From Phallusia mammillata (Eukaryota): a stretch of DNA of 64,000 nt. The position numbers and the translations under genes are program-made. Below, one piece after another: positions 25,226 through 39,700 of this stretch. The stretch covers positions 5,146,001 to 5,210,000 of the forward strand of contig OZ281494.1 in assembly GCA_965637545.1 (NCBI GenBank), in the 5' to 3' direction. Under the pieces are notes generated by a model. That model searched no databases. It was not told where the DNA came from and saw only the letters and a list, made by a program, of their open reading frames with translations. The number at the start of each line of letters is the position of its first letter. The stretch's first letter is position 1.

Positions 25226-25820
25226 TAAAATATATAAATAAGCGAAGAAAAGAAGGTTTTATGGCGGCTTCTAGTGGTTAGGCCAGGAAACAATGCCAAA
25301 AGGGCAAAACATAAGCGTAATACAGGGGCACCTACTAAGTTCATCCAATAAGCACCTTTTTTGACAAAACAACTCCATGGCTCTAATAGAGTCCGTGTCA
25401 TAATGACTGGTGAGTTGTAACAAATTGCCCGCACTGAACATTTGTCATTTCAATGAAGGATTGTCCAATTGTTACATATTTTTGAGCTGAATAATGCGCC
25501 TGATGCTAGTTTTCTGCAATCTGGCAAAATGTGGCTAGAATCAAATACGAATTATACTTGTAGTTGAGCATATTTGGTAAGAAACAAAGCAAAATCACTT
25601 TGTGTTATGCACATGTGCGGTTCGCGATCCAATTTTGACATTTCTAATTGGCCCTACAGTAAGAAAGGTTGCCCACCCCTGGTTTAGACCGATACCCGCT
25701 TTGTGTTGGCAAGGATTTGAATTACGCGATAATGAATCGATTTGTCTCAGAAGAAATACCTTGATGCATGGCCAATTGCCATCAGAGATCTAAAACTCTT
25801 TATATATTACTAAAATGTCT

Positions 25821-28800
25821 TTAAAAATTGCTTTCACTAATCCATGCCTTCATAACGGAATGAAACTTTTCAAGCGCCAACTTCACATGAGCTTGTGACA
25901 CGCCATTGTAAAACACACAGCGAACGGAGACTCCGAAAAACTTGGACATCTTGACAACCACATCGTCGTCATTGTAGCGGTTTGCCATTCTATAACAAAA
26001 CTCTTGTGCAGGATTCCGGCCCTCGTATGTTGGAAGTTTCGTGTTGACGTCAAACCAGACCATGTTCGTTTCAATTTCGTCCACGTCAAAATTGATGTAT
26101 TGAGGAGAATATTGGATGATTCCTTAAATTGTAGATTGAGTTGAGTTGTCGAGTTTATTTCGCTCGGTGAAAAATCGTAGTAACAGAATTGCAATAAAAT
26201 ATTCACCTTGCCGGAGATAGCTGCGCAATGTTGAGACGTAAAATTTTGTTAAACAACTAATGTCGTCCGTTTAATTTTTTTCATTAGTCAGCAGTAAATG
26301 TTTAAAAGCCTTACGAGTCAAAAAACACACAGGAGCTATAAAAATGTTTGTTTAAAACGGTGTCTGTGTCAGCATTTATTTAGTGCGCAAGCATATTTGT
26401 TGAATTGCCAACAAACCACATACGTTACCTTTTGCAAACGTCTTAGCATTTTCATGATCAATGTGCAGCCTTTTCACCATATCCGTGAGCGCAAGAATTC
26501 CAGCAGCTGCAATAACGCCAGATTGGCGCATAGCGCCACCCAGCGCCGTGCGGATGCGACGCGTTCTGGCAATGAACTGTTTACTCCCAACTATAACCGA
26601 ACCTACAGGCGCACCAAGACTCTACAAGAGGAAACAAAATAACACAACAAATTCAATAAACTTAGACTGCTTGTTACATGCACTGTTCATACATTTGCTC
26701 TTTTGTGTGCATATATCTCATCAATATATCTTAATATTAAGAACTAAAGGCAGCTAACTACAAATGTGGCGTTTTGCCGATACGAAGCCATTATTACGCT
26801 TTAACATGATTTTATCTAACAAGATTTTTTCCTGTTGTAAACGTAGACAAAAACATACTTTGCAAATGCCGTATCTACCGTCCAAAAATACATGCGGTGA
26901 AAAGGCTAAAAAAGTTATAAATCATACACATAGAAACGGTAACGTGATGGGGACTGTCCATAATCCAAACATTTAACAAAATCAACGGTGGTGGTTTACC
27001 TTTGACAAACAAATGCTGACAGAATCAACGTATTGTGTGATTGACGACACTGGCACATTAAGACCCACAGCAGCATTTAACAACCTTGCACCATCCATGT
27101 GGATCGGGACATTCAGTTCGTTTGCCAGTTGACGGAGCTGAAGCAATGATAGACTACTAGAAGTTGAATTAATAACAACTGCCTTGTGATAAACGTTGTT
27201 GATAAGAAAAGCTGCAACAAAGTTTAATGGCAAGCCTGTTCTAAGAAAAAACATCTCTTGCTGTGAATTGTGAACTTCTTCAAATAGTTTTGGACTTCTA
27301 AGTTCTTTAAACTCTTTTTCTTTAGGGTGTAAAATATAGCCATGTATATAATTTTCACCTCTTTTATGAAGTCCATTGGTAAAATTCTCCCATTCATTGT
27401 GTTTTCAATTGCAATTAATGAGGTTTTTGATTCATGAAAATCTTTTCCATCATGAAATTTAGAACGAACATCATCCAAGCTAAATGTTCCATCTTTTCGA
27501 TTTGGCAAAGCATTCATATAAACTCCACCCCACTAAAGGAAATAAAAAACAAGTATATTTCTGTGTGGTGTCAAGATGAATGTTCAAGATGAAAGAAACA
27601 TGTTCTATATCAGGGATGGTGAACCTTTTTAGTTGAATGGGTCAAACATGATATAAAAATTCAGAAAGAAAACAAAGTGGGTCACATATTTTATTACATG
27701 TCAATGTCAATGAGAAGCTTGTTGCTGCATCTTTTCTGGAAGTCTTGTAATCCTAGGTAGTTTTCAGTTTAATACATGCAGCAGTCATATCTGAGCTGAG
27801 ACGATTCCTGGCACTTGATTTCATGAAATTCATGTGAAAACAAGGATTCGCATGAATATGTGGAACCGAACAGCGTCAACAAAGTTACAACAAATCGTTT
27901 CAAGTTGTACGTTCAAATAAACATATCGGTTGCCTCACAATTGACTCAACAATCTCTATTTACGACAATAGGCAATCTGGCAAAAAAGTTAACTGTTGTG
28001 TTGCTTTTTAATCTTGGAAATCTGGTAACCCTACCCACAGTAATCAGTATAAATTTTTAAAACTACAAGTGGGTCACTGGAATTCACGTGGTGGATCACT
28101 TTGTGTTCACCATCCCTGTTTTATATGGTCAATATATACTTGATCAAAAAATAAATCAGAAACTGCAAGAGCTTTAAAATATTGTTTAAGCAATATGCTT
28201 GGCAACAAGCTTTATTTTCCTGTTAGATTTGTTACAAAATGTACTCGTTGGAGATACACAAAAACACAGATTAAAAGCCATGTGTTCCAAGGATTCGACA
28301 TTTAGACATAAAGTTGCAGAACCTAAAGCTCAGTTATAAAAAGTTTATTTATCAGTAGCATTCCATACAGCAGTAATACAAATTTCAGTTAAAACTATAA
28401 AACAAACAAAGAGTTTCAACCTGTGCAACTCCCCCTTGTTCACGAAGATAGAGATGTGAGCTGTTACCCAACATAACTTCACTCCCTCTTTCAAAGCAAT
28501 GTCCGAAAACACAAAGTAGATTTCCCATTGTACCCGTAGGAACAAAAAGAGCATCCTCCTTTCCACACAGTTCAGCCGCCAAACTTTGCAGTCCCAAATA
28601 AAAAACAAATAATCTTTGTGTTTAAACAAAAAAATGGTTTAAAATTTCACTTTTCAAAAAAATTACCAAACAAATATATACATTACATATAAAAATGACA
28701 CAGCTCAGATGATACAATAAAGTCTGTGAGAGAAAACACAAAACAAGCTATAAAAACATATTTCCAAAACCCTTAGAAAACTGATCTGAAAGTCTTCAAA

Positions 28801-29174
28801 AACCTGGATTTGTACAATGTTTTCTTGTCATTAACCTTGGTATTGTGGTGTTTCAAGGGCATATTATACAAGACCAACTTGCTTTACTAACTTTTTTTAG
28901 ATGACCTTCTGCTGCCAAAAACAACTACCGGAACAAAATTTCCAAAATTTGCGTGTTTACACCACTCAACTACAAGTGATAAGCAGCTTGATCACACAAA
29001 AACACATCACTCCTAAACCACAGGACATTTAATTAAAAACTTACTATTAACAGTTGGATCTTCCCTGTGAACATCATCCCCAACTTCTGCCTCGGCCATG
29101 GCTTTCCTCATTGCATCTGTTGGTGCTGTCAAAGTGTCACTTCTAAGATCAACAACTCGTTCAATGGAAGACAT
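25821..29174 (-). CDS. THA1: Low-specificity L-threonine aldolase, copy TA1 (possible pseudogene: intron 1 acceptor AG>GG)
   Basis: Exons 29174-29045, 28593-28421, 27532-27359, 27137-27000, 26621-26429, 26122-25821 give 369 aa if spliced canonically. Motifs DLRSDT, SGTMGN-type TGTMGN, HMDGAR and the PLP lysine in CLSK|SLGAP are present. Confidence 0.8.
27611..28118. mobile_element. hAT-type MITE in TA1 intron 2
   Basis: TIRs CAGGGATGGTGAAC / GTTCACCATCCCTG. The 8-bp TSD is TTCTATAT / TTTTATAT (7 of 8 match). Confidence 0.85.
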
Positions 29175-30234
29175 TGTTGCAAATGTATGAGCTGCAATTA
29201 CGATAAAAAGCGCATAAACGAAAGATCACACTTGCTGATGGGTAGAAAATCATTTTCACATGATTTAAAAATGCAAGCAAAAGGAAGCAAAAACATTACA
29301 CTTCTTCAGACAATGGATTTGGTGTCACAATGTCATGTTATGACATCATAATTGGGACAACGTGTAAGATTACCTTAAATTCAGTAATTTTTTGTACCAG
29401 TTTATATTACGAACCAACATTGTTTGTTGTGCCACAAACGAAAATAAATTAGTAATCACAACTGTCTAATGCTTGGCGTTGACTGTCTTTTTAGCAACAA
29501 ATGAAATTGACAGTCTTTTTAGCAACGAATCGAGGAAAAATTATCGGGACAAAACTAAAAGCATGACAAAAATACTGCTATAATTGTTATTGAAATAATT
29601 GTTGTAATTGCTTTAGTTACTATTATCAAATTTAATTGGAACTTGTATCAATTGTGCAGTCAAATACGTACCTACCATGTAAAGGAAGTGATGAATATGC
29701 AAAAACTGGACGTAAAAGAGTCGATGCAAAAGTTCTGTCATTTCCCTCTGGCACAATATTTGAAACATTGCATTTGGAACTGTGTTTGCTTGAAACAGAA
29801 AACGCAAAAACAGAGAAATTCGTCTTGGCGTTTAATTGCCGAATAAACACATTAAAAACTCGAACAGAAGCCATACTTTCGCAGACCTGTCGTTTAAAAT
29901 AGAAAGGAAAATAGGGTGAAAGCAAGAATTGAAATTATCAGCAGTGCCAACTGCAAAGTAAATTAGAGACTTTTCTTAAGTGCAATGATGCACGATGAGG
30001 GGCAGTCCCTTTTAGCTTTTAATCGACAAAAATCAAAATATTTTTTAATATTTTACTAAAAACATTGCACTAAAAAGTAGAAAAATAAGCTGACTAGACC
30101 AACTTTGAGCAATAAAAAGTAGCTTTTTAAAGGTCATGTACCATCGAAAATGTTTAAACAGAGTCATCTTTAATTCGAAAGTTGCCAAGCCAATAAAGTG
30201 CGACAAAGAACTAGTTCGGTCGTTAATTTTTAAG

Positions 30235-30310
30235 CGACCGAGATAGGATTAGAACCCATCACCTTGTGACCACTAGGCGGTTGCGCTAACCACTCGGTCA
30301 ACTTGGCGGA
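30235..30310 (-). mobile_element. Degenerate tRNA-derived SINE head (different family)
   Basis: Minus strand has TGACCGAGTGGTTAGCG (A box) and GGGTTCTAATCC (B box). Confidence 0.6.
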
Positions 30311-30352
30311 GTGTTGGTACATATTGAAGACTTGTATAGATACCTATACAAT

Positions 30353-30462
30353 TGGGCAGGAACTGGGCCGAATGGTCCGGCGCGCCTGAACCATATACAG
30401 ACATAAAAAAAAACTGATCGGGATTTGTCCCCGGGAGAGGGTTCGAATCCCGTGAAAAAAAA
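30353..30462 (+). mobile_element. Short tRNA-related SINE family (copy 2 of 3)
   Basis: GGGCCGAATGGTCC A-box-like head, the shared body, and GGGTTCGAATCCCGTG followed by oligo-A. Confidence 0.8.
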
Positions 30463-31553
30463 GATACGTACACAATTTACACGCAGCCTACACAGAGGTG
30501 GTTCGCAATTCCTTTTAAGTCATAGACCACCGACAAGATAAAAAAATGACGTCACCTATGATTCCATTTTTTGAGATGTTTTAAGTAAAAGAAGCATACA
30601 CTAACTTACAAGCATTTGACCCTTCATAATCATAAAATATTCAATCATAAGTTATATAGATTATTAACAATTATAATGGATTCCCTATTAACCACTCTTA
30701 AAGTCATCATGCACCACCACCAGTTGAGAAACACAGGTCGAAATGAACTGACATTAGCTAAGACGAACATACTCAGCCCTATAGCCAAGGTGGCCATCGA
30801 CGTGGACCCCAAAATAGTGGGGCGTGGAGGGTTCGCAATGAGGCATAGCACAATCTGGCTGCAAAGTTTTACTTGCAAAAAATGTAAATGAATGCATTGT
30901 AATGATGTCGGCGCTGATTTCGAACTTATTGTTTGGAAATTAAACTAAAGTAAACGCATCATTACTCTGAAATGGGTGTCTAGTTGTACTATAGTCGGCT
31001 GGAAACTTTGAGATTGCCATGACTTTCAGTGCATCAACCATTTCGTGCCTCTGTGCGTGCACACAGCCTATTTCGCAACTTATCAGTGTTGAAGTGGCTT
31101 TTTCCAACGTTCGGAACTAACTTGACAGTAGCTTAAAGCGGACCCACGATGTATGTTGTCTCCGAAAAACAAAGCAAACAAGCAAAACTCTGCTTTAGTC
31201 CAACGATAATTATGATAGCCATAGAAAACTTAACGCAGGTACAAATACGAAGTTACTCCTAGGAGCACATCCTTGCAAGAAAACTGACGTATGATCGCCA
31301 TTAGAGGAGCGCTTTTGTGTATTAGAGTTGGATTACAATTGTATGCACTAAACGTACATTATACAAGTCTAAAGGAAGGTCTGCAAAATACTACCCGAAA
31401 GCGTAGCAAATTAAAAATTGTATTGTATAGCTCAAAAGTGTGGGTACAAACATGGACCTTAATTGTACTTAATTGGAATTACGAAAATTTGCAGGTAAGA
31501 AAAACCCAATTACAGGGTCATATAGGAGAAACGACACAGTCACATCTACAAAT

Positions 31554-34076
31554 TCATGAAACATTACTTTCACTAATCCACGCCTTCATAACGGAATGAA
31601 ACTTTTCGAGTGCCAACTTCACATCAGCTTGTGACACGCCATTGTAAAACACACAGCGAATTGAGACACCAAAAAATCCAAACATCTTGACAACTACATC
31701 ATCGTCATTGTAGCGGTTTGCCATTCTATAACAAAACTCTTGTGCAGAATTCCGGCCATCGTGTGTTGGAAGTTTCGTGTTGACGTCAAACCAGACCATG
31801 TTCGTTTCAGTTTCGTCCATGTTAAGATTGACGTAGTTAGGATAATATTGGATGATTCCTTAAATCATTGATTGTTTAGTAAAATCGTTGGTTAAAGTTT
31901 TTCATTTGTCAGTAGGAAATTAGACGGTATTTGCTAAATCGGCATTTATGTAACACAAGGATTTGTAGTCGACAATTAAACTTGTGAGTGAAAGCTAGTT
32001 GATGGAAAAAACGCACAAATTAAAAGGAAAAGAGGGCTACAAAAACACACGTCAAGAATTTACTGAGATTTTACTGAGAGGCGACAAGCAAGTCGATTTT
32101 AATTTCCAACTTGCTACCTAAATTTACCTTTTGCAAACGTTTTGGCGTTTTCATGATCAATGTGTAGCCGTTTCACCATATCCGTGAGCGCAAGAATTCC
32201 AGCAGCTGCAATAACTCCAGACTGACGCATAGCGCCACCCAGCGCCTTGCGGATCCGACGCGTCCTGGCGATGAACGGTTTACTCCCAACTATAACCGAG
32301 CCCACAGGCGCACCAAGACTCTACATAGAAAAACGAATTTAAAAATTTAACTTTTATCAATTGTTTAATGCACTGTTTTTAATTTTTGTGGTGATGCGTT
32401 TTTGCATCAACCTATCTTTTTTATTTAAAACTCAAGATAATTAAAGATGATCAAAAAATATATTTATAATCAAGACATAATATGATTTCCTCAAACCTCA
32501 GGCTGAAGTTACACTTGTCTCAAAGTACTTATCCCATTGCTTCAATCCAGCTAACCAGCGAAGCAGTGTGCAAACTAGCTAAGTAGCACAGCAAGACAGC
32601 GATCTTACCACTAAAATATGGGTTACATGTTGCGAACCCTGAACCAACATCGCGGTGGATCGTGGTTTACCTTTGACAAACAAATGCTGACAGAATCAAC
32701 GTATTGTGTGATTGACGACACTGGCACGTTAAGACCCACAGCAGCATTAAACAACCTTGCACCATCCATGTGTATCGGGACATTCAGTTCGTTTGCTAGC
32801 TGACGAAGCTGAAAAAAACATGGTCTGCGTCAAGTTACATACACGCCAGTGTCGTCAAACAATTTGTTTACGACAATTTGGTATTAATTCATTTCAAAGT
32901 CATTTCTGAATTTCAATATTTTGACAGCTTAATTTTTTTTCAGACTATTCTTCTTTAAGTCAATTTAAAACAGCCTTGTGTTGTTTTTACCTCTTTTATG
33001 AAGTTCATTGGTACAATTCTCCCATTCATTGTGTTTTCAATTGCAATTAAAGAGGTTTTTGTTTCATGAAAATCTTTTCCATTATGAAATTTAGAGCGAA
33101 CATCATCCAAACTAAATGTGCCATCTTTTCGGTTTGGCAAAGGATTCATATTAACTCCACCCCACTAAAGATTTAAAATAAGTAGTTTTTAGTGTGGTGT
33201 CGCAAATGCAAAAGCAATGCATTTTATAACCTGTAGCATTCAGAACAGCAGTAAAAGACATTGCAACAGAAGTAACACATGACAATTAAATAAACAAAGA
33301 AAAAACTCCAACCTGTGCAGGTCCCCCTTGTTCACGACGATAGAGATGTGAGCTATTACCTAACATCACTTCACTCCCTCTTTCAAAGCAATGGCCCAAA
33401 ACACAAAGTAGATTACCCATTGTTCCAGTAGAAACAAAAAGAGCATCCTCCATTCCACACAGATCAGCAGCCAAACTTTGCATTTCTGAATAATACAAGT
33501 ATATATTTTTATATAATGCTGTTAGTAATAAAGCAGGTTAATGCTAGACAAACATTTAGATACACTCAGTGGTGGGATTCAATTTTTGTCAGCCACTTCT
33601 ATCACAAAAGTCTTCTTTTTCAACCGGTTCTGTTACAAACAGTCTATTGACAGTAACGAGGAATGCTAACCGGTTTGCTGATCTTACGAAATTTCGTGAG
33701 ACGGTTCTATAGAACCGGTGAGATCCGGCTGAATCCCCCACTGGATACACTACAATTTTGTATGACTTACAAAAAGTTCCTGTCAAAAACAGTAGGTTTC
33801 CACTATAACGTCAAAGGTCAAAACTAACCATATAGCCTAAGCTTATTTGTAGCAAAAACCTAACAAAGCTGAAGTATACAGTAGTACATTTCCTACAAGA
33901 AGCTGATGCAGCGTTACATACATCACATTGAACCATATATACTTACTGTTAACAGTTGGATCTTCCCCATAAACATCGTCACCAACTTCTGCCTCGGCCA
34001 TGGCTTTCCTCATTGCATCTGTCGGTGCTGTCAAAGTGTCACTTCTAAGATCAATTAGACGTCCAGTGGAAGACAT
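31554..34076 (-). CDS. THA1: Low-specificity L-threonine aldolase, copy TA2 (intact, about 370 aa)
   Basis: Exons 34076-33947, 33485-33313, 33164-32991, 32808-32671, 32320-32128, 31858-31554 have GT-AG ends and consistent phases. Confidence 0.92.
33567..33743. mobile_element. hAT-type MITE in TA2 intron 1
   Basis: Termini CAGTGGTGGGATTCA / TGAATCCCCCACTG and a perfect 8-bp TSD GATACACT. Confidence 0.9.
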
Positions 34077-35652
34077 TGTTGCAAATGAACGAGCTGCACG
34101 TACCACAAAAGTGTAATAACAAAAAATCACACGACTCATTGAAGGAAAAAAATGTTTCTAAAATCTACAAATTCTAACAAAGAAAGCAAAAACAGTGAAG
34201 CATGTTTAATAATAGATAGTTTCTGGAACCCAGAAAACATAATAACTTATCAATGTCAAACCATGACTTACCTTGAGGTAGTCAATTCATATATACTCAG
34301 CAGCAAGCAATGCACGGCCCATTTTTTCCATGCAAACAAGAGGCCAAGAGCTAACATGGACATGTTTGCACAGTAAGTTGTTGAGATATTGACATTGGGC
34401 AAACATATTCTGGACATGTCATACAGTAAAGAAAGTTTGTTCAAAAGAGCGGGGACAACTAAGCGCGGTTCCCGCAATGAATGACAAGGCCCTGGACTGA
34501 CTATTGGTTTGGAAATGTTCTCATGTGTCAGCTGAGCTTATTAGGCTCTGTTATTCTTTACTCGGAAGCTTATTGTTTCTTCTGCTTCTCGTGGTTCGCA
34601 TCAGTCGTCTGAAGTAGCGAGTAAGTTCATTATTACGATTCTTAACGCTTGCTGGATAGAACCGACATGATCCTCAAAAGATCACGCTAGTTCTTTTATT
34701 CTGGTTACGCAACACACATCCAGTCTCATTCATCCCAAGGAAAGGATACTGTGGAAAAGAGACAGATCAACGATAAAACATTGGCTTTTAAACTGATACT
34801 CGTTTTTCTTGTGATCATTGCAAACCAGTACCTTATTTTACTCACATCAGTTAGTAGTTTGTTTTAAGTTAAACGCTTGCAAAGATTTGCAGCACTGCAA
34901 TGGATTGCACAACTATTTCAAAACACCCGGTTTACGCAACAGCCTCATCTTATGGCCAGGCTGTTGCGTAAACAACGAGGAACAGCCCCGCTCAGTTTCC
35001 GATGCTCAAAAAATATTTTTTAAATGTTTCGAAATCAGAAACCTTTCTTTTTTTGTAAAGTTGAAATTTCGTATTTACTCATCTATGACAAGAAAAAATC
35101 ATCTTCAGAAAGAAATATTGCACCAGAAGTAAAATAAATGTAGCTTTCAAATAATCAAACATATCATTAAATAAGTTTAAATTCGGGTCATTGCACACAA
35201 ATTTCACAAATTGAGATAAAACTGTGACAAAGACTTAATATAGTTTAGTGGATCTTAAACATTTTTACTTTGCGACCTCCTTTTTAAACCTCAGAAATGC
35301 TAATGTGTTCATTGTAATGTGAGGGTCAAATTTTTATTTGTGCAGCCAATCATTGTAATCGTTGTTATGGCTGATGTTACCTTCAACGTTTCAATTCGAT
35401 CCCAAGACATTAAAAACCAAAAACAGGCGGACAGACATAAATCAATAACAATGCGGTTGCGCTAAACAACAATCCAAATTATTATTGATTTCTAAAGTTT
35501 TTTTACGTCGGTATGCTTAAATAGTTCCAAGTTATGCGTTCCAAACTAAACACAATATTTATTGCTGAATATGTATACTATCTCTGAGAGATAACATTTT
35601 GACCTTTTTCAACATAGCCTAAAAGCAGATATGACCAGAATATAGTGGGCGT

Positions 35653-35888
35653 CAGTACTCTTCAACCGGTGTGCACGGTGCACCCTTGGGTGCAAACATG
35701 CATGGGGTGCACGCACAAGTGCGAACAGGTATACAAGGGTGCATTAGAAACTTTAAATGAAACATTATTATTTGACTTTTAATCAAATCACATAGTCATT
35801 ATGTAAATGGAGTCACTTTTACAAGGTGTATGTGTTCGTCACAACAACTTCAGGTGTTCACCAAACAAAAAAATGTCGAAGAGCACCC
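35653..35888. mobile_element. Degenerate hAT-type MITE
   Basis: Left end CAGTACTCTTCAACC with GGGGTGCAC motifs like those in 60980-61196. The right end GTCGAAGAGCAC is degraded and no TSD was seen. Confidence 0.45.
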
Positions 35889-36775
35889 AAAAGTCAATAT
35901 TGGCCACCAGTTGAGAATAACATAGCAAAAATTGATAGCTAAGACGAACATACATTCACAACTGGGTTCAGCTCTGAAACGTTCATACAGACAAGCGATC
36001 ACGGCACACAGATACAAATCATGGACGTCATACCGAATCAGTCGGTCACCAAGTATTTCCAAATTTTAGTAATCAGCGCAATTTATCGCCTTAGTGTTTT
36101 GGGTAAGTTAGTGTGTTTTATTCCGCTCACAAAATAGAATGCCACAATCCTTCACTCTGTTCGATACATGTTTGTGATGTATAATGCATGCTGGCAAATA
36201 ATTGGTTGAAACTTTTTTCATGATAGGATATCCTACGCAGTGTCAAAAGGGCGAATTTAGTCGAACAAAATTTCCACACTCTGTCGGTGAAAAAAAACTG
36301 CGCATGAAACTTTGCCACGGCTCTTTTTAGCGAGTTAAAATACGCAAAAGAAAAGAAATCCCTATATAGTGCCGTTCAGCAGTTAGCAAAGAAATTACCA
36401 ACAGCCAAAATAGAAGAACTCTGCTCTAACCCAAAACCTAATTATGATTGTCAAAAAGACACAAGGAACGCAAGTGCAAGAACTAAGTTCCTCCTAGTAG
36501 TATACTGTTGCAACAAAACTAACGCAAACTCACCATTAGACAGGCGTTATTACACATTTTAAGAGTTGTAATGTACTGGACATACGTTATATTACACGAC
36601 GGCATGCAAAATACTGCACGAAAGTGTTACAAATTAAATATTGTAATGTATATTTAAAGTGTTAGTACAAACAAGGATTTTAATTGTACTTAATGGAATT
36701 ACAACAACTTTACAGGCAAGAAAAACCTAATTACAGGATTATATTTCAGAATACAAACACAACTCCATAAAGTGT

Positions 36776-39700
36776 TTAAACATTACTTTCACTAATCCAC
36801 GCCTTCATAACGACATGAAACTTTTCGAGTGCCAACTTCACATCAGCTTGTGATACGCCATTGTAAAACACACAGCGAACGGAGACACCGAAAAATCCGA
36901 TCACCTTGACAACCACATCGTCGTCATTGTAGCGGTTTGCCATTCTATAACAAAACTCTTGTGCAGGATTCCTGCCGTTGTATGTGGGAAGTTTCGTGTT
37001 TACGTCAAACCAGACCATGTTCGTCTCAATTTCGTCGATGTTTAGATCGATGTATTTTGGAGAATATTGGATGATCCCTTAAATCGTAAATTTTTCAGTA
37101 AAATCGCTGGTCAAAATTTTTCTTTACTCTTCCAACCAAAATGATATTTGCTGAGTCAGCAGTTATGTAAACCAAGGACTTCAACACTTGGGGGTGAAAG
37201 CTTGTTTATGAAAAGGAAAAATTAGACAGAAAAATAAAGTTTAAAAGTTCTGGGTGTTTATTAGTCAGAGAAAACACATCGAAAATTCGCTAAATCAGCA
37301 AAAACACCTGTCCATAACTATGTAAATCTACCATTAGCAAACGTCTTTGCATTTTCATGATCTATGTGCAGCCTTTTCACCATATCCGTGAGTGCAAGAA
37401 TTCCAGCAGCTGCAATAACTCCAGACTGACGCATAGCGCCACCCAGCGCCTTGCGGATCCGGCGCGTTCTGGCGATGAACTGTTTACTCCCAACTACAAC
37501 CGAGCCCACAGGCGCACCAAGACCCTACATGGAAAAAACACGATGTTACATGGCGAAATTTGGTACACTAAATTAACATATACCACTTGTTTAATACACT
37601 GTTTTTAATTTTTTTGTGTCTATGTTTTTGCATCAACCTATCTTTGTATTTAGCACTGAAGATAATTGAATATAATCAAAATAAATTTGACATTATTATA
37701 AAGCATAAGATGATCTTCTCAAACAAGACGTTTTCCTGCTTTAAAACTGAGCAAAAACATCAACGTAAATCAAGCTGAAGTTACACTCATACATACGGGT
37801 CTTATCTCATTGCCTTTATTCCAGCTAACCAGCACAACATTATGTAAACTAGTTAAGTAGTACAAGCAGATAACGCACAAACCAACACAGACATAGAAAT
37901 AGGTTACATGTTGGGGATTTCCCCGGATCGAAACACGTGACAAAATCAGCGCCGGTGGTGGTTTACCTTTGACAAACAAATGCTGACGGAGTCGACGTAT
38001 TGTGTGATTGACGACACTGGCACATTAAGACCCACAGCAGCATTTAACAACCTTGCACCATCCATATGTATGGGGACATTTCGTTCGTTTGCGAATCGAC
38101 GAATCTGAAAAAACATTGACTGTGTCAGATTACATAAGCAAAAGGTGAACGCTCGATTCGGTATAACGTTATAATAGGCCTTGGGTCCTACGATTTTCCA
38201 CTTGCATTAACTTGATTTTTAAAACAATGCAGTCACTGTAATACTGCAATGAAACGATATACAAATTTGTCGTTCCACTAGTGTCATACTAAATAAACTA
38301 CTAGTTGTTTCATTTTTGCAGTACAAGTTATTGTACAGGTTCTTATTTTTGCAGTACAAAACAACTAGTATTTTGTTTGGCATTACACCAGTTGAACAAC
38401 CAATTTGTTAAATTATGCAACCTGGTGGACAAAACGCTTGTTCGGCATTTTGAAACAAGATATTCCAATAAAAAAGACAGCGGGCATCTAAAGACCATCT
38501 TTGGCACTAAATTTGGAAGTTCTATTCAAAATCAACTCTGGTAACAACCTAGTTTTACATGAGTTTCTTTCTTCAATTCAGTGTAATTTCAAAATGTAGG
38601 CAATTTGTCTGAATTTGCTTTAAAAGTTAAAATATGTTTCGTTGCTAGTTGATACAAAACAAGCATTGTACAAATCAAGCAAAAATCACAGTTGGACATG
38701 GAATGATATGCATATGTAACGGACATGGGGACATTATCAGATTATTTTTGACAATAATGCTGAAAGTTGAAAAGTGATACTTAAAGTTGGTAAGAAAAGT
38801 AAACCGCAAATCCCTGCTTTAATCTTTTAAGTCGCACCAGTATTCAAATTTAAAAGTTTAATGTCATATTTATGGGCTCACTAAAGCCCTGTGGCAGTAC
38901 AAGGTGATATAATCCTTGTGGAACCAACCAACAAAGTAAGATTGATTAAACGCTTGTCGGACATGGACAGCCTTGAATGTCACTTCTGAATTTCTTTAAG
39001 TATTTTGGAAGCTTTGATTTTTTTGGACTATTTTTCTTTACGCCATAATAATACTATAAGCAGTTTTTACCTCTTTTATGAAGTCCATTGGTAAAATTCT
39101 CCCATTCATTGTGTTTTCAATTGCAATTAATGAGGTTTTTGATTCATGAAAGTCTACTCCATTATGAAATTTTGACAGGGCGTCAGCCAAGCTAAATGTT
39201 CCATCTTTTCGATTTGGCAAAGCATTCATATAAACTCCACCCCACTAAAAATATAAAAATAGTGAATTCTGGTGTCAATATCAATGTTTAGATATGTGCT
39301 ACACAATCATGAAGTATTTGATTATTCCGGTTACAAACTGAAGCAGTAATTTTCTACCTTTTTTTGTCAGAGCCCACATTCAAAAAGTTTTAGTTTGCAA
39401 GATTCATACAAAAGCAGCACAATGTATTTTGTAAACTAGCAGTAAAATGACAAAAGTGACAGTATAAGACATTGCAGTAAAAGTAATAAATGAAAATTGA
39501 ATAAACAAACAAAAATTATAACCTGTGCAGCTCCTCCTTGTTCATGAAGATATATATGTGAGCTGTTTCCTAACATCACTTCACTCCCTCTTTCAAAGCA
39601 ATGCCCCAAAACACAAAGCAGGTTACCCATTGTTCCTGTGGGAACAAAAAGAGCATCCTCCTTTCCGCACAGTTCAGCAGCCAAACTTTGCAGTCCTGGA

